Assembly: GCA_913054425.1 (NCBI GenBank)
Contig: CAJXJG010000002.1
Coordinates: 1 to 43,453 of the forward strand
Direction: 5' to 3'
DNA from: an uncultured Fidelibacterota bacterium
Lineage (GTDB): Bacteria > Fidelibacterota > Marinisomatia > Marinisomatales > UBA8229
DNA length: 43,453 nt
The notes below the pieces were generated by a model. The model made no database searches. It was not told the origin of the DNA and saw only the letters and a list, made by a program, of their open reading frames with translations. A program made the position numbers and the translations under genes. Each line of letters starts with the position of its first letter. The stretch's first letter is position 1. This document shows, piece by piece, positions 9,659 to 18,240 of the stretch.

Positions 9659-10839
9659 TGATGGAGGGGAAAGATATTGTCTTGATATCCAATCAAATGC
9701 TGGATGACCGTTACTGGACGTCTAAACAATATATCACCATGGAGCTCATCAAGAATAACCGCGTGCTCTATGTTGAAGCAAATTACTCTTTTGGAAAATT
9801 GCTTTCTGGAATGATGGGCAAAAAGTGGCCAGTAGTTCCATTCGGAAAACTGCATGACGAAAAAAATAATTTATCTATACTAACTCCATACCCACGATTA
9901 CCATACAGGAATCACTTTCAGTGGGTTGGATGGCTGAATCAAAAATTGCTTCTGGCGAAAATTCGATGGGCAACAAAAAAATTGGATTTTGAATGTCCTA
10001 TACTCTGGACTTTTTTACACCAAACCGCTGATTTGATTGGGAAACTGGATGAATCCGTTGCAGTTTATCATTGTGTGGATGATTGGCCAGCACTTTTACC
10101 AATGGCAGGGATGGGAAAACCGGAGAGGATTTGCAAAGATGAAAAAAAGTTAATTTCGCGTGTGGATTTAGTGTTTAGAGTTTCAGCTCAATTGCTGAGC
10201 TATTTAAAGATACCGAATACTAAAGTTTTTGATATTCCTAACGGTGTGGATATTGATTTATTTAATCCGGAGCGCTTTTCAGATGAATCATCGCAGGATG
10301 ATATGAAGGACATCCCACGACCCATCATTGGGTTCTCTGGTTCTATTGGAAAATGGATTGATATTGAATTGCTCATCCAAGTGTCGAAACGATTTGAGAA
10401 GGAATCCCTTGTGATTATTGGATTAAATGAGAAAAATCCAAATATTCATAAACTGCAACAATTGAAAAATGTACACTTTTTAGGAATGAAATCCCGAGAG
10501 GAAGTTCCTCAATACATATCCGGATTTGATGTATGCCTTATGCCATTCAATCGTACAGAGGTTGGGAAAGGATTGCTTCCTTTAAAAATGTTTGAGTATC
10601 TTGCATTAGGCAAACCAATAGTGGCGACTTCCTCAGAAGTCTTGAAGCAATTTGAGAAAGTTTTATATCTTGCGGATGATAAAGATGCATTTGTACAGGA
10701 AATAGAAAATGCTATGGGCGACCATGATCGGACAAATTCAGACTCCAGAAGGAAATATGCCTTAAAATATTCCTGGAAAAACCGGGTGAGTGACTATCTT
10801 GTTGCAATTCAAACATTTTTTAACAATAAAATGGATTGA
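9658..10839 (+). CDS. Glycosyltransferase, GT-B fold (GT4-like)
   Basis: PIIGFSGSIGKWIDIELL...GLLPLKMFEYLALGKPIVAT resembles the GT4 sugar-donor-binding C-domain. There is a 1-nt start/stop overlap with the upstream GT. Confidence 0.65.
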   Translation: MMEGKDIVLISNQMLDDRYWTSKQYITMELIKNNRVLYVEANYSFGKLLSGMMGKKWPVVPFGKLHDEKNNLSILTPYPRLPYRNHFQWVGWLNQKLLLAKIRWATKKLDFECPILWTFLHQTADLIGKLDESVAVYHCVDDWPALLPMAGMGKPERICKDEKKLISRVDLVFRVSAQLLSYLKIPNTKVFDIPNGVDIDLFNPERFSDESSQDDMKDIPRPIIGFSGSIGKWIDIELLIQVSKRFEKESLVIIGLNEKNPNIHKLQQLKNVHFLGMKSREEVPQYISGFDVCLMPFNRTEVGKGLLPLKMFEYLALGKPIVATSSEVLKQFEKVLYLADDKDAFVQEIENAMGDHDRTNSDSRRKYALKYSWKNRVSDYLVAIQTFFNNKMD

Positions 10840-10852
10840 GTTTAAACCAGTT

Positions 10853-13243
10853 ATGGGTGAAAAAATAAATCATCATACTAGCCAGTGGAAGCCATGGACT
10901 ATAATGATCCTAATATTGATTATGGGAATAGTTTTTCTGTATCAGGAACCAGTCTTGCGGGGACAAAAACTTGCAATCGGCGATGTAAAGGCCCAGGGAC
11001 TTATCTTTGAAAAATATAGAAATGACTACCAGGCTGAATTCGGGGAAAAAGCATTGTGGTATCCATATATTTTCTGTGGAATGCCATTCCATGCTTCCGG
11101 GACATATCGATTACAATATAATTTAGAGACGATTTATAAAATTATTCCGGATGATATTCTCCGGAGAATTGCCAAGGGTTTTACCTTTAATATCTTGGCC
11201 GGTGCGATTTTTATGCTGTTGTTATTACGATCTTATGGATTGGGATATTCTGCAGCTTTTGCCGGTGCGGCTGCATTTGTTTTTACGACGAAAATGCTGG
11301 GAACTCCACACACAAACCGAATTGTAACATTCATTCATCTCCCGTTGATATTGTATGCTCTGCGCCGATTATGGGATACCCGAAAATGGATATTTATGGT
11401 TCTCCTGGGCGGTGCAGTCGGTTCTCAGATTGGTAGTTACCATCCTCAAGTAGCCTACTATGGATTGCTGATGATTGGTTTGTATTCTGTGTATAGGTTG
11501 ATTCACGGACTAATCGAAAAGGAAACATGGACTAGACTGGTCACCCCTATGGGAATGACCGGAGTTTCATTGGCGATAGGATACTACCTGGCATCCATTG
11601 TATTGATACCCATGCAGGAATATCTTCCATTTTCCATTCGGGGAGCGGGCGGATCCTCAGGCACAGGCGGTTTGTCCTTTGATTATGCTACTGGGTGGTC
11701 GTTCAGCTGGTGGGAAATATTCACTTTTATTATTCCCGGGTTTAGTGGGTTTGGGGGCAATACTTATTGGGGGGATATGCCATTCACTTCATATCCTCAT
11801 TATCTTGGTATTTCCGTGGTGATATTAGCAATTATTGCCTTGTGCACAAAGAAAGACCGATGTGATTATTGGTTTTTTGTAATGATGCTTGTATTTTCCT
11901 TATTTATTGCGATGGGAAAGAATTTTTCAATTCTCTCTTCACTTCTTCTGAATTATCTCCCATACTTTAACAAATTCCGAGAGCCTTCAATGATTCTGAT
12001 TCTTTTTTCTTTGAGCATGGCAGTTTTAGCTGGCTGGGGATTTCAACACGTCCAACAGCTTTTAAAAGAACAGAAAAAGATGGGTTGGGAAAAATTACTC
12101 TTGCGTATTTTAATCGGGATTGGAATTATTGCTGTTACTATTCTTCTTTTTAAGGGAGGACTTCAAAATATAATGTCCGCTATATACAGAAGTGCAGATC
12201 AAGCAACCGGAAGGATACTGAGATTCCAAAATCCTCGACAGATTGATTATTTGTACCAACTTAGATTTGATATGTTTTACCGAGACCTTTGGATTACTCT
12301 TTTACTAATAACAAGTAGCTTGAGTTTTATTTGGTTAGCGATAACAAAAAGGATTACTTCACAATTATTTACATTTATTCTCCTTGCACTGATTGTTGTG
12401 GATCTCGGCTATGTTGGAAGAAAAGTCATTTCACCCATGTTCTCGAATATAACCAGAAAAGAAATGGAACCACAAAAGACCGGGGTAATTGACTATTTGC
12501 AGAAAGATAAGGATATATTTCGCGTTTATCCTTTAGATAATAGAACTACTAATGAATATGGATGGTTCGGGATTGCTTCTATTGGAGGATATCACGCTGC
12601 CAAAATGGCGAATTATCAGGATTTTATTGATCAGAAATTTTTTGATAATTTACATTTTCTTCAATTGACAAACACAAAATATATAATTTCAAGGAAACGA
12701 TTTAATCACCCTGAATTGATTCTTGAGAAATCAATCCTGGGTGAGAATATTTATCGCTTGAAAACCTGGTTACCAAGGGTATTTTTGATTGACACCGTTG
12801 TTGTATCTCAAGAAAAATTAGAAACACTACAATTGATCAAAGCAAATAATTTTAATCCTGGTGAAAAAGCTGTCCTTACAAAAAAATTAACGAAAATGCA
12901 GTTTAATTCGGAAGGGTCGAAAGTTAAGATTGAACATTGGGAACCTGAAAAAACCATAATTTCTGTAGATTTACCCAACGATGGATTATTGGCTTTTAGT
13001 GAAGGATATTATCCACCAGGCTGGAATGCTTTTATTGATGGGACAGAAACAGAAATTTATCAGACGAATCACTTCATGCAGTCAATTTTTGTCCCGGCTG
13101 GAAAACACAAGATAGAATTTATATTTGTCCTGCCATCTTTCAAACAGGCCTTATTTATGAGCAGGACAATTTTCATTGCAGTGTTGGTCGTATTGCTTGG
13201 CTACGGTATTTGGATTAATAGACAACACCTCAAATTGAATTGA
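10853..13243 (+). CDS. YfhO-family polytopic membrane glycosyltransferase-like protein
   Basis: I prefer ATG 10853 (MGEKINHH...). About a dozen TM segments precede a soluble C-terminal domain. That domain ends YYPPGWNAFIDGTETEIYQTNHFMQSIFVPAGKHKIEF plus a terminal TM, the pattern typical of YfhO proteins. Confidence 0.65.
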   Translation: MGEKINHHTSQWKPWTIMILILIMGIVFLYQEPVLRGQKLAIGDVKAQGLIFEKYRNDYQAEFGEKALWYPYIFCGMPFHASGTYRLQYNLETIYKIIPDDILRRIAKGFTFNILAGAIFMLLLLRSYGLGYSAAFAGAAAFVFTTKMLGTPHTNRIVTFIHLPLILYALRRLWDTRKWIFMVLLGGAVGSQIGSYHPQVAYYGLLMIGLYSVYRLIHGLIEKETWTRLVTPMGMTGVSLAIGYYLASIVLIPMQEYLPFSIRGAGGSSGTGGLSFDYATGWSFSWWEIFTFIIPGFSGFGGNTYWGDMPFTSYPHYLGISVVILAIIALCTKKDRCDYWFFVMMLVFSLFIAMGKNFSILSSLLLNYLPYFNKFREPSMILILFSLSMAVLAGWGFQHVQQLLKEQKKMGWEKLLLRILIGIGIIAVTILLFKGGLQNIMSAIYRSADQATGRILRFQNPRQIDYLYQLRFDMFYRDLWITLLLITSSLSFIWLAITKRITSQLFTFILLALIVVDLGYVGRKVISPMFSNITRKEMEPQKTGVIDYLQKDKDIFRVYPLDNRTTNEYGWFGIASIGGYHAAKMANYQDFIDQKFFDNLHFLQLTNTKYIISRKRFNHPELILEKSILGENIYRLKTWLPRVFLIDTVVVSQEKLETLQLIKANNFNPGEKAVLTKKLTKMQFNSEGSKVKIEHWEPEKTIISVDLPNDGLLAFSEGYYPPGWNAFIDGTETEIYQTNHFMQSIFVPAGKHKIEFIFVLPSFKQALFMSRTIFIAVLVVLLGYGIWINRQHLKLN

Positions 13244-13259
13244 CATCACTAATATAATT

Positions 13260-14420
13260 TTGATTTCTACCCTGAAACATATAGTGCTCTGTACCCAGCA
13301 ATTCAGTAATTATTGGTCTGGACTTGGAGCGTATTCCACACACTTAGCGAGAGGTTTAGTGAAGTCAGGTATGAAAGTCACAGTGATTTCTCCAGGAACA
13401 ATGGTAGATAATTGTGAAGGGATTAATTTTATGTCAATTAAACCCCTAAAATGGGATTTTACCCATGGAAATTGGTTTTCTTTATCTTTTAGTTATGCAA
13501 AAGCTATAGAAAATATTGATGCAGATTTGATTCATTTCACAGATGCACGGGAGTCTTTCGCATATAAAGGTGATATTCCAGCCGTGGGTACACTTCATGA
13601 TGATTATTTTGCAAGACATAAATGGAATCCGTTCTATTATAAAAATGATTATGTAGATTGGATGCAGCGTTGGTTATATTATTCTTTCGTTACTGTAACC
13701 GAAAGGAAAGCGCTGCGAAGGCTAACTGGACTTACTGCAAATTCTAATGCGACTGCAGAAACTGTTTCTAAGGCCTACGATATACCCCTTGAAAAAATAA
13801 AGACAATTTACCTGGGTCTGGATCTGGATTGCGTTCCCCTTGATCCAAAAGCGGAAAAAAAACGCCTTCATAAACCGATCTTGCTTCTTGTGGGGGGCAA
13901 TGTACAGAGAAAAGGGTTACCGGTCATTTTGAAAATAATGCCCGAACTGTTAAAAGAATTTCCTGGAATGATAGTGCAGGTTATTGGAAAAAACCAAAAC
14001 ATAGGTAGAATGAAGAAATTAGCGGACAGGTTGGGTGTGATGGACTGTGTGGAGTTTATCGGATGGATTCCTCCTGAAAAGATAAAAACTTATTATCGAA
14101 AAGCTTCTGTCTTTGTTATGCCTTCGCTGATGGAAGGCTTTGGATTGGTGTTTCTGGAGGCGATGGCACAGGGACTCCCTGTCATTGGAGGAAACGTTGG
14201 TGGAACGGCTGAATTGATCAAAGAGGGGGAAAATGGTTTTCTTGTTGATCCAGGTGATGTGAGTACTCTTGGAGAAAATATCCGAGAATTTCTCATTAAT
14301 CTTGAACTAAGGAGACGGGTAATTGAAAATGGCTATTCTACTGTTCGAAAGTATCCTGCACAAAAAATGGTAGATAATACGATTGAGTTATATAGTAATT
14401 TTTCTCATGAAAGAGGATAA
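13260..14420 (+). CDS. Glycosyltransferase family 4 (GT-B)
   Basis: The classic GT4 C-terminal motif is present: PSLMEGFGLVFLEAMAQGLPVIGGNVGGTAELIKEGENGFLV (E-x7-E). A TTG start is required to keep the N-terminal Rossmann strand (KHIVLCTQQF). Confidence 0.85.
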   Translation: MISTLKHIVLCTQQFSNYWSGLGAYSTHLARGLVKSGMKVTVISPGTMVDNCEGINFMSIKPLKWDFTHGNWFSLSFSYAKAIENIDADLIHFTDARESFAYKGDIPAVGTLHDDYFARHKWNPFYYKNDYVDWMQRWLYYSFVTVTERKALRRLTGLTANSNATAETVSKAYDIPLEKIKTIYLGLDLDCVPLDPKAEKKRLHKPILLLVGGNVQRKGLPVILKIMPELLKEFPGMIVQVIGKNQNIGRMKKLADRLGVMDCVEFIGWIPPEKIKTYYRKASVFVMPSLMEGFGLVFLEAMAQGLPVIGGNVGGTAELIKEGENGFLVDPGDVSTLGENIREFLINLELRRRVIENGYSTVRKYPAQKMVDNTIELYSNFSHERG

Positions 14421-14427
14421 GAATTAA

Positions 14428-15720
14428 TTGCGAGAACAAATTAAAAGAATATTAACTAAAGGAACCTTTGCTTCCGATGTAGCAGTGATGACTTCCGGCG
14501 CTGGTCTTGGTCAGTTAATCTTTCTTGGTTTTTCTCCAATCCTTATGAGACTATTTACACCAGAAGCATTCGGCAATCTTGCTCTGGTGATGTCTATCTC
14601 AGCTATTCTTTCCATAGTTATAACCTTGAGATATGAAATGGCTATACCTATTGCTTCTAATGATGAAAAAGCAACAAACCTGTTTATCCTTTCCATCGGT
14701 TTGAGTTCCATATTTACCATGGTTCTTTTAATATTTTTCTTATTTATAAAAACAACGATTATAAGTTTTCTCAATTTTTCCGATTCTAATATTTTAATTT
14801 TTATTCCTTTAGCCGCGTTTATTGAATCAGCTATCAATACATTCCATTATTGGTTTATTCGTAAAAAAAGATTTGCCATTCCATCAATTAGCCGAACCCT
14901 GTTTTACATTGGGATGGTTGGAACACAATTCCTGCTGTTTTTTACCTTGAATGAAAAATTTATTGCTTTATTAGCAGGGTTTATTATTGGGCAGATTTTT
15001 AGTTTACTTTTTCTAGTTATAATATTTCTTAAGGAAGGAAATAATATTCTCCGTTATATCAATTTTAATATGATATTCAAAGAGGCAAAGAAATTTAAAA
15101 AATTCCCGATGTTTTCTACCTGGAATGCCGGCATTAATACTCTTGCGAGAAACCTGCCCCCAATACTGTTAAATTTATTTTTTACGAAAGCAATTGTTGG
15201 TCAATTTTACATTGCAACGCGTTTAATGAATATTCCCTTAAATATTTTACAGAGTTCGGTGAGTCAAGTTTTCTATCAGAGAATTTCTGAATTACTAAAA
15301 CAAAAACAGCCCCTCAATCAATTTTTTAAAACTACAATTCTGAAATTAGCAGCCATTATATTTGTACCTTTACTTATTATATTTTTCTGGGGTAAGCCAA
15401 TATTTTCTTTTATGCTGGGTGATAAATGGGAACTTGCTGGGCAGCTAACGTCAATATTAGCACCTTTGTATTTCTTTCGTTTTATTATAAGTCCCGTGAG
15501 CACCATTTTTGCCGCAACTGGAAAGCAACATTTTGCTCTGATATGGCAAATAGGCTATGCTCTTTCCGTCTTTCTGTGTTTTTACCTTGGTGGAAATATG
15601 AATTTTAGTATCCAAGTCACTTCTTTAATTTTTAGTTGGACATCAGCTGGGTTTTATGTGATAATGCTATTTTTACAACGTAAGATAGTGCTAAAAATAC
15701 CTGAAGAAATTTACAAGTGA
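14428..15720 (+). CDS. Polysaccharide/oligosaccharide flippase (Wzx-like, MOP superfamily)
   Basis: 430 aa with about 12 predicted TM segments. The N-terminus (TSGAGLGQLIFLGFSPILMRLFTPEAFG) is typical of Wzx/polysaccharide biosynthesis proteins. It sits inside the GT cluster and is very AT-rich. Confidence 0.7.
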   Translation: MREQIKRILTKGTFASDVAVMTSGAGLGQLIFLGFSPILMRLFTPEAFGNLALVMSISAILSIVITLRYEMAIPIASNDEKATNLFILSIGLSSIFTMVLLIFFLFIKTTIISFLNFSDSNILIFIPLAAFIESAINTFHYWFIRKKRFAIPSISRTLFYIGMVGTQFLLFFTLNEKFIALLAGFIIGQIFSLLFLVIIFLKEGNNILRYINFNMIFKEAKKFKKFPMFSTWNAGINTLARNLPPILLNLFFTKAIVGQFYIATRLMNIPLNILQSSVSQVFYQRISELLKQKQPLNQFFKTTILKLAAIIFVPLLIIFFWGKPIFSFMLGDKWELAGQLTSILAPLYFFRFIISPVSTIFAATGKQHFALIWQIGYALSVFLCFYLGGNMNFSIQVTSLIFSWTSAGFYVIMLFLQRKIVLKIPEEIYK

Positions 15721-15739
15721 TTTTATCAATTTGTCTTGT

Positions 15740-16369
15740 ATGAACAATCGGAGAAAAGAATTCAATTATGATGCTGCCTGGACTAAAAAACTTGAAGCGC
15801 AAAATCATTGGCTTCTATACTGGAAACAGCAGTGGTTATTGACTAAATATCTTAGACCAGAGGATACAATCATGGAGATTGGTTTAGGATCGGGTTTTAC
15901 TGCAAATTATCTTAGGAATAAAAATTACACAGTAACAACCTTGGATATTGATAATGAAAAAAAACCAGATATAGTAGCAAATATTGTTGATTATGAAATG
16001 AAGAGTAATTATGATATAATTTTAGCTTTTGAAGTTTTCGAACATCTCCCGTTTAAATATTTAAAAACTGTCTTACAGATGTTACATAGTCATTGCAATC
16101 GTTATTTGATAATCAGTTTACCAGAATATCTATCATGCTTCTTTTCCCTTGAGTTTGAATTATTTGGGATTAAAAAAACGGCTTCATTTCGTTGTCCATC
16201 TTTTTACAAAATGAAACAATTATCTCCAAATCATCACTGGGAGGTCAACTTTAATCCTGAAACCAAATCGAAAAAGTTGATAGAGTTATTTCATAACCAG
16301 GGCTTCAAAATTATGGAACAATCTCTCTATCAAGATCGCTATTTTATAGCTTTAGAAAGAATACCTTAA
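15740..16369 (+). CDS. Class I SAM-dependent methyltransferase
   Basis: Motif I IMEIGLGSGFTA (ExGxGxG), an acidic loop (TLDID) and motif II-like DIILAFEVFEHL. I chose ATG 15740; the ORF-track TTG at 15731 is also possible. Confidence 0.7.
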   Translation: MNNRRKEFNYDAAWTKKLEAQNHWLLYWKQQWLLTKYLRPEDTIMEIGLGSGFTANYLRNKNYTVTTLDIDNEKKPDIVANIVDYEMKSNYDIILAFEVFEHLPFKYLKTVLQMLHSHCNRYLIISLPEYLSCFFSLEFELFGIKKTASFRCPSFYKMKQLSPNHHWEVNFNPETKSKKLIELFHNQGFKIMEQSLYQDRYFIALERIP

Positions 16370-17308
16370 ATGAGATTTTTCCGGAAAATGATTCAGACAG
16401 GGCTGATTCCATTGGAAAAGATCTCTGAGCTTTTGTATCCAATAGATAAAAAGGATAAATATTTCCCAATTTTTATATTGGGAGCTCCTCGGTCAGGCTC
16501 AACATTATTGATTCAGGCTATGACACAATATTTTGATATTGCTTATATGTCAAATTTTTCACGGAATTTTTTCAAGGTACCCTTAACAGGATTATGGCTT
16601 CAACAGCATTTATTTCTTAAAAAACAATCTATGACTTTTAATTCTGAGTATGGGAAAACAAATAGATTTTTAGGCCCAAATGAAGCTGCAGATTTCTGGT
16701 ATCAATGGTTTCCTTCTGGAAAGGATGTATATGTAGGTGAAGGAGATATTTCTGAGGAAACTATTTGTGATATAAGACAAAAAATTGGGAGTTTATTAAG
16801 GATTTCGAAAAAACCATTTATATTTAAAAATTTGTACAACAGCATGAGGATTGTTCCGATTCGTAAAGCTTTTCCTGAATCTCTATTTATCGTTTGCCAT
16901 CGAAATGCGGTTGATATTGCTCAATCAATACTCCTATGCCGGGAAAAGAATTTAGGTAGCAGGTCGTCCTGGTGGTCTGTTCCACCGCGGGAATATAATA
17001 AAATAAAAAATAAACCACCCTTACAACAAGTAGCAGAACAAGTCTATTATATTTACAAGCAAATTGAAAAAGATATATCTGCAGGTGATACTGAATGTGT
17101 ATTTAATCTTGATTATAGTGATCTTTGTAATAGACCAACTCAAACAATGAAGGATATTAAACATTGGGTTGAAAAACAAAATATTCGGTTGGAAAAACAA
17201 TTTGACCTGCCGGACACCTTTCAAATTGTTGCTGGAAGAAAAATTTCTAAAGATGAATACGAAGAGTTAGAGCAATATACGAAATCCTTGGTAGATGAAG
17301 ATGATTAA
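16370..17308 (+). CDS. PAPS-dependent sulfotransferase family protein
   Basis: A 5'-phosphosulfate-binding loop GAPRSGSTLL (16481-16510) and a 3'-phosphate-binding R-x-x-x-D-x-x-x-S motif RNAVDIAQS (16901-16927). The ATG abuts the upstream stop (TAAATG). Confidence 0.75.
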   Translation: MRFFRKMIQTGLIPLEKISELLYPIDKKDKYFPIFILGAPRSGSTLLIQAMTQYFDIAYMSNFSRNFFKVPLTGLWLQQHLFLKKQSMTFNSEYGKTNRFLGPNEAADFWYQWFPSGKDVYVGEGDISEETICDIRQKIGSLLRISKKPFIFKNLYNSMRIVPIRKAFPESLFIVCHRNAVDIAQSILLCREKNLGSRSSWWSVPPREYNKIKNKPPLQQVAEQVYYIYKQIEKDISAGDTECVFNLDYSDLCNRPTQTMKDIKHWVEKQNIRLEKQFDLPDTFQIVAGRKISKDEYEELEQYTKSLVDEDD

Positions 17309-18236
17309 ATCTGAGGAGATAAATACCCCAAACATTCAAGATCAGCTGCCTGTATTTCATCAATCATGGTGGCTGGATGTCGTAGCAAAATCAAGTTGGA
17401 ATTATATGATTGAAAGTGAGGATGAAAATACTTTTGGTGTTCTACCTTACTTGGTAGAAAGAAAATTTGGTTTTCGATTTTTTGGTATGCCTTCTTATAC
17501 ACCTTTTTTAGGACCTGTTATTATCTCTCATGAAGATAAGAAGGAAGTTAAATTAGAATTGATTAGATCATTATTAGATCAACTTCCCCGGTATCATATG
17601 TTTAAACAAAATATGATAATTGACGAAGGTGCTTTAAAGATATTTGAGGAGGGTGGGTTCAGATTATTTGAACGGGTTACTTATAAAATATTGACTGAAG
17701 TACCCGAAAAATATCTTTGGGAAAAAATGAGTACAACGCGTAGACGCCGGATTATTAAAGGGCGGGAAAAGTTAGAAATAAGAGAAGTTGAGAGTGCAGC
17801 AGAATTCATAAAAATACAGGAAAAAACATTCTTGAGGAGAGAAATTGAACCACCGCAATCTTTGGAGATATTAGAAAAATTAGTATATCAATCTATGGAA
17901 CAGAATTCTGGTATATTACTCATAGCAGGGTTAAAAAATGATCCTGATGATTGCCGGGCCGCAGGTTTTTTTGTGTGGGATAGATTCACCATGTATTATA
18001 TTGCTGGTGGATATGATGATTCTGATAAAAGGGGAGAAGCTATGTCATTCTTATTGTGGAATGGTATTTTATTAGCTAAGGAGAAAAATCTGACTTTTGA
18101 CTTTGAAGGATCTATGGTCTTAGGCATTGCTGAGTTTTTTCGCTCATTTGGTTCTGAGGCTTCTATCTATTATCAGGTAGTAAAAGTAAAACCATTTCTT
18201 TTGAGATTATATTTTCTTCTGAAAGGATTGTTTTAA
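17295..18236 (+). CDS. FemAB-like / GNAT-fold (Acetyltransf_6-type) transferase
   Basis: About 310 aa. The N-terminus FHQSWWLDVVA and the overall size and pattern resemble FemAB-related (aminoacyl)transferases found in exopolysaccharide loci. It overlaps the sulfotransferase gene by 14 nt. The assignment is by resemblance only. Confidence 0.5.
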   Translation: MKMIKSEEINTPNIQDQLPVFHQSWWLDVVAKSSWNYMIESEDENTFGVLPYLVERKFGFRFFGMPSYTPFLGPVIISHEDKKEVKLELIRSLLDQLPRYHMFKQNMIIDEGALKIFEEGGFRLFERVTYKILTEVPEKYLWEKMSTTRRRRIIKGREKLEIREVESAAEFIKIQEKTFLRREIEPPQSLEILEKLVYQSMEQNSGILLIAGLKNDPDDCRAAGFFVWDRFTMYYIAGGYDDSDKRGEAMSFLLWNGILLAKEKNLTFDFEGSMVLGIAEFFRSFGSEASIYYQVVKVKPFLLRLYFLLKGLF

Positions 18237-18240
18237 TACC

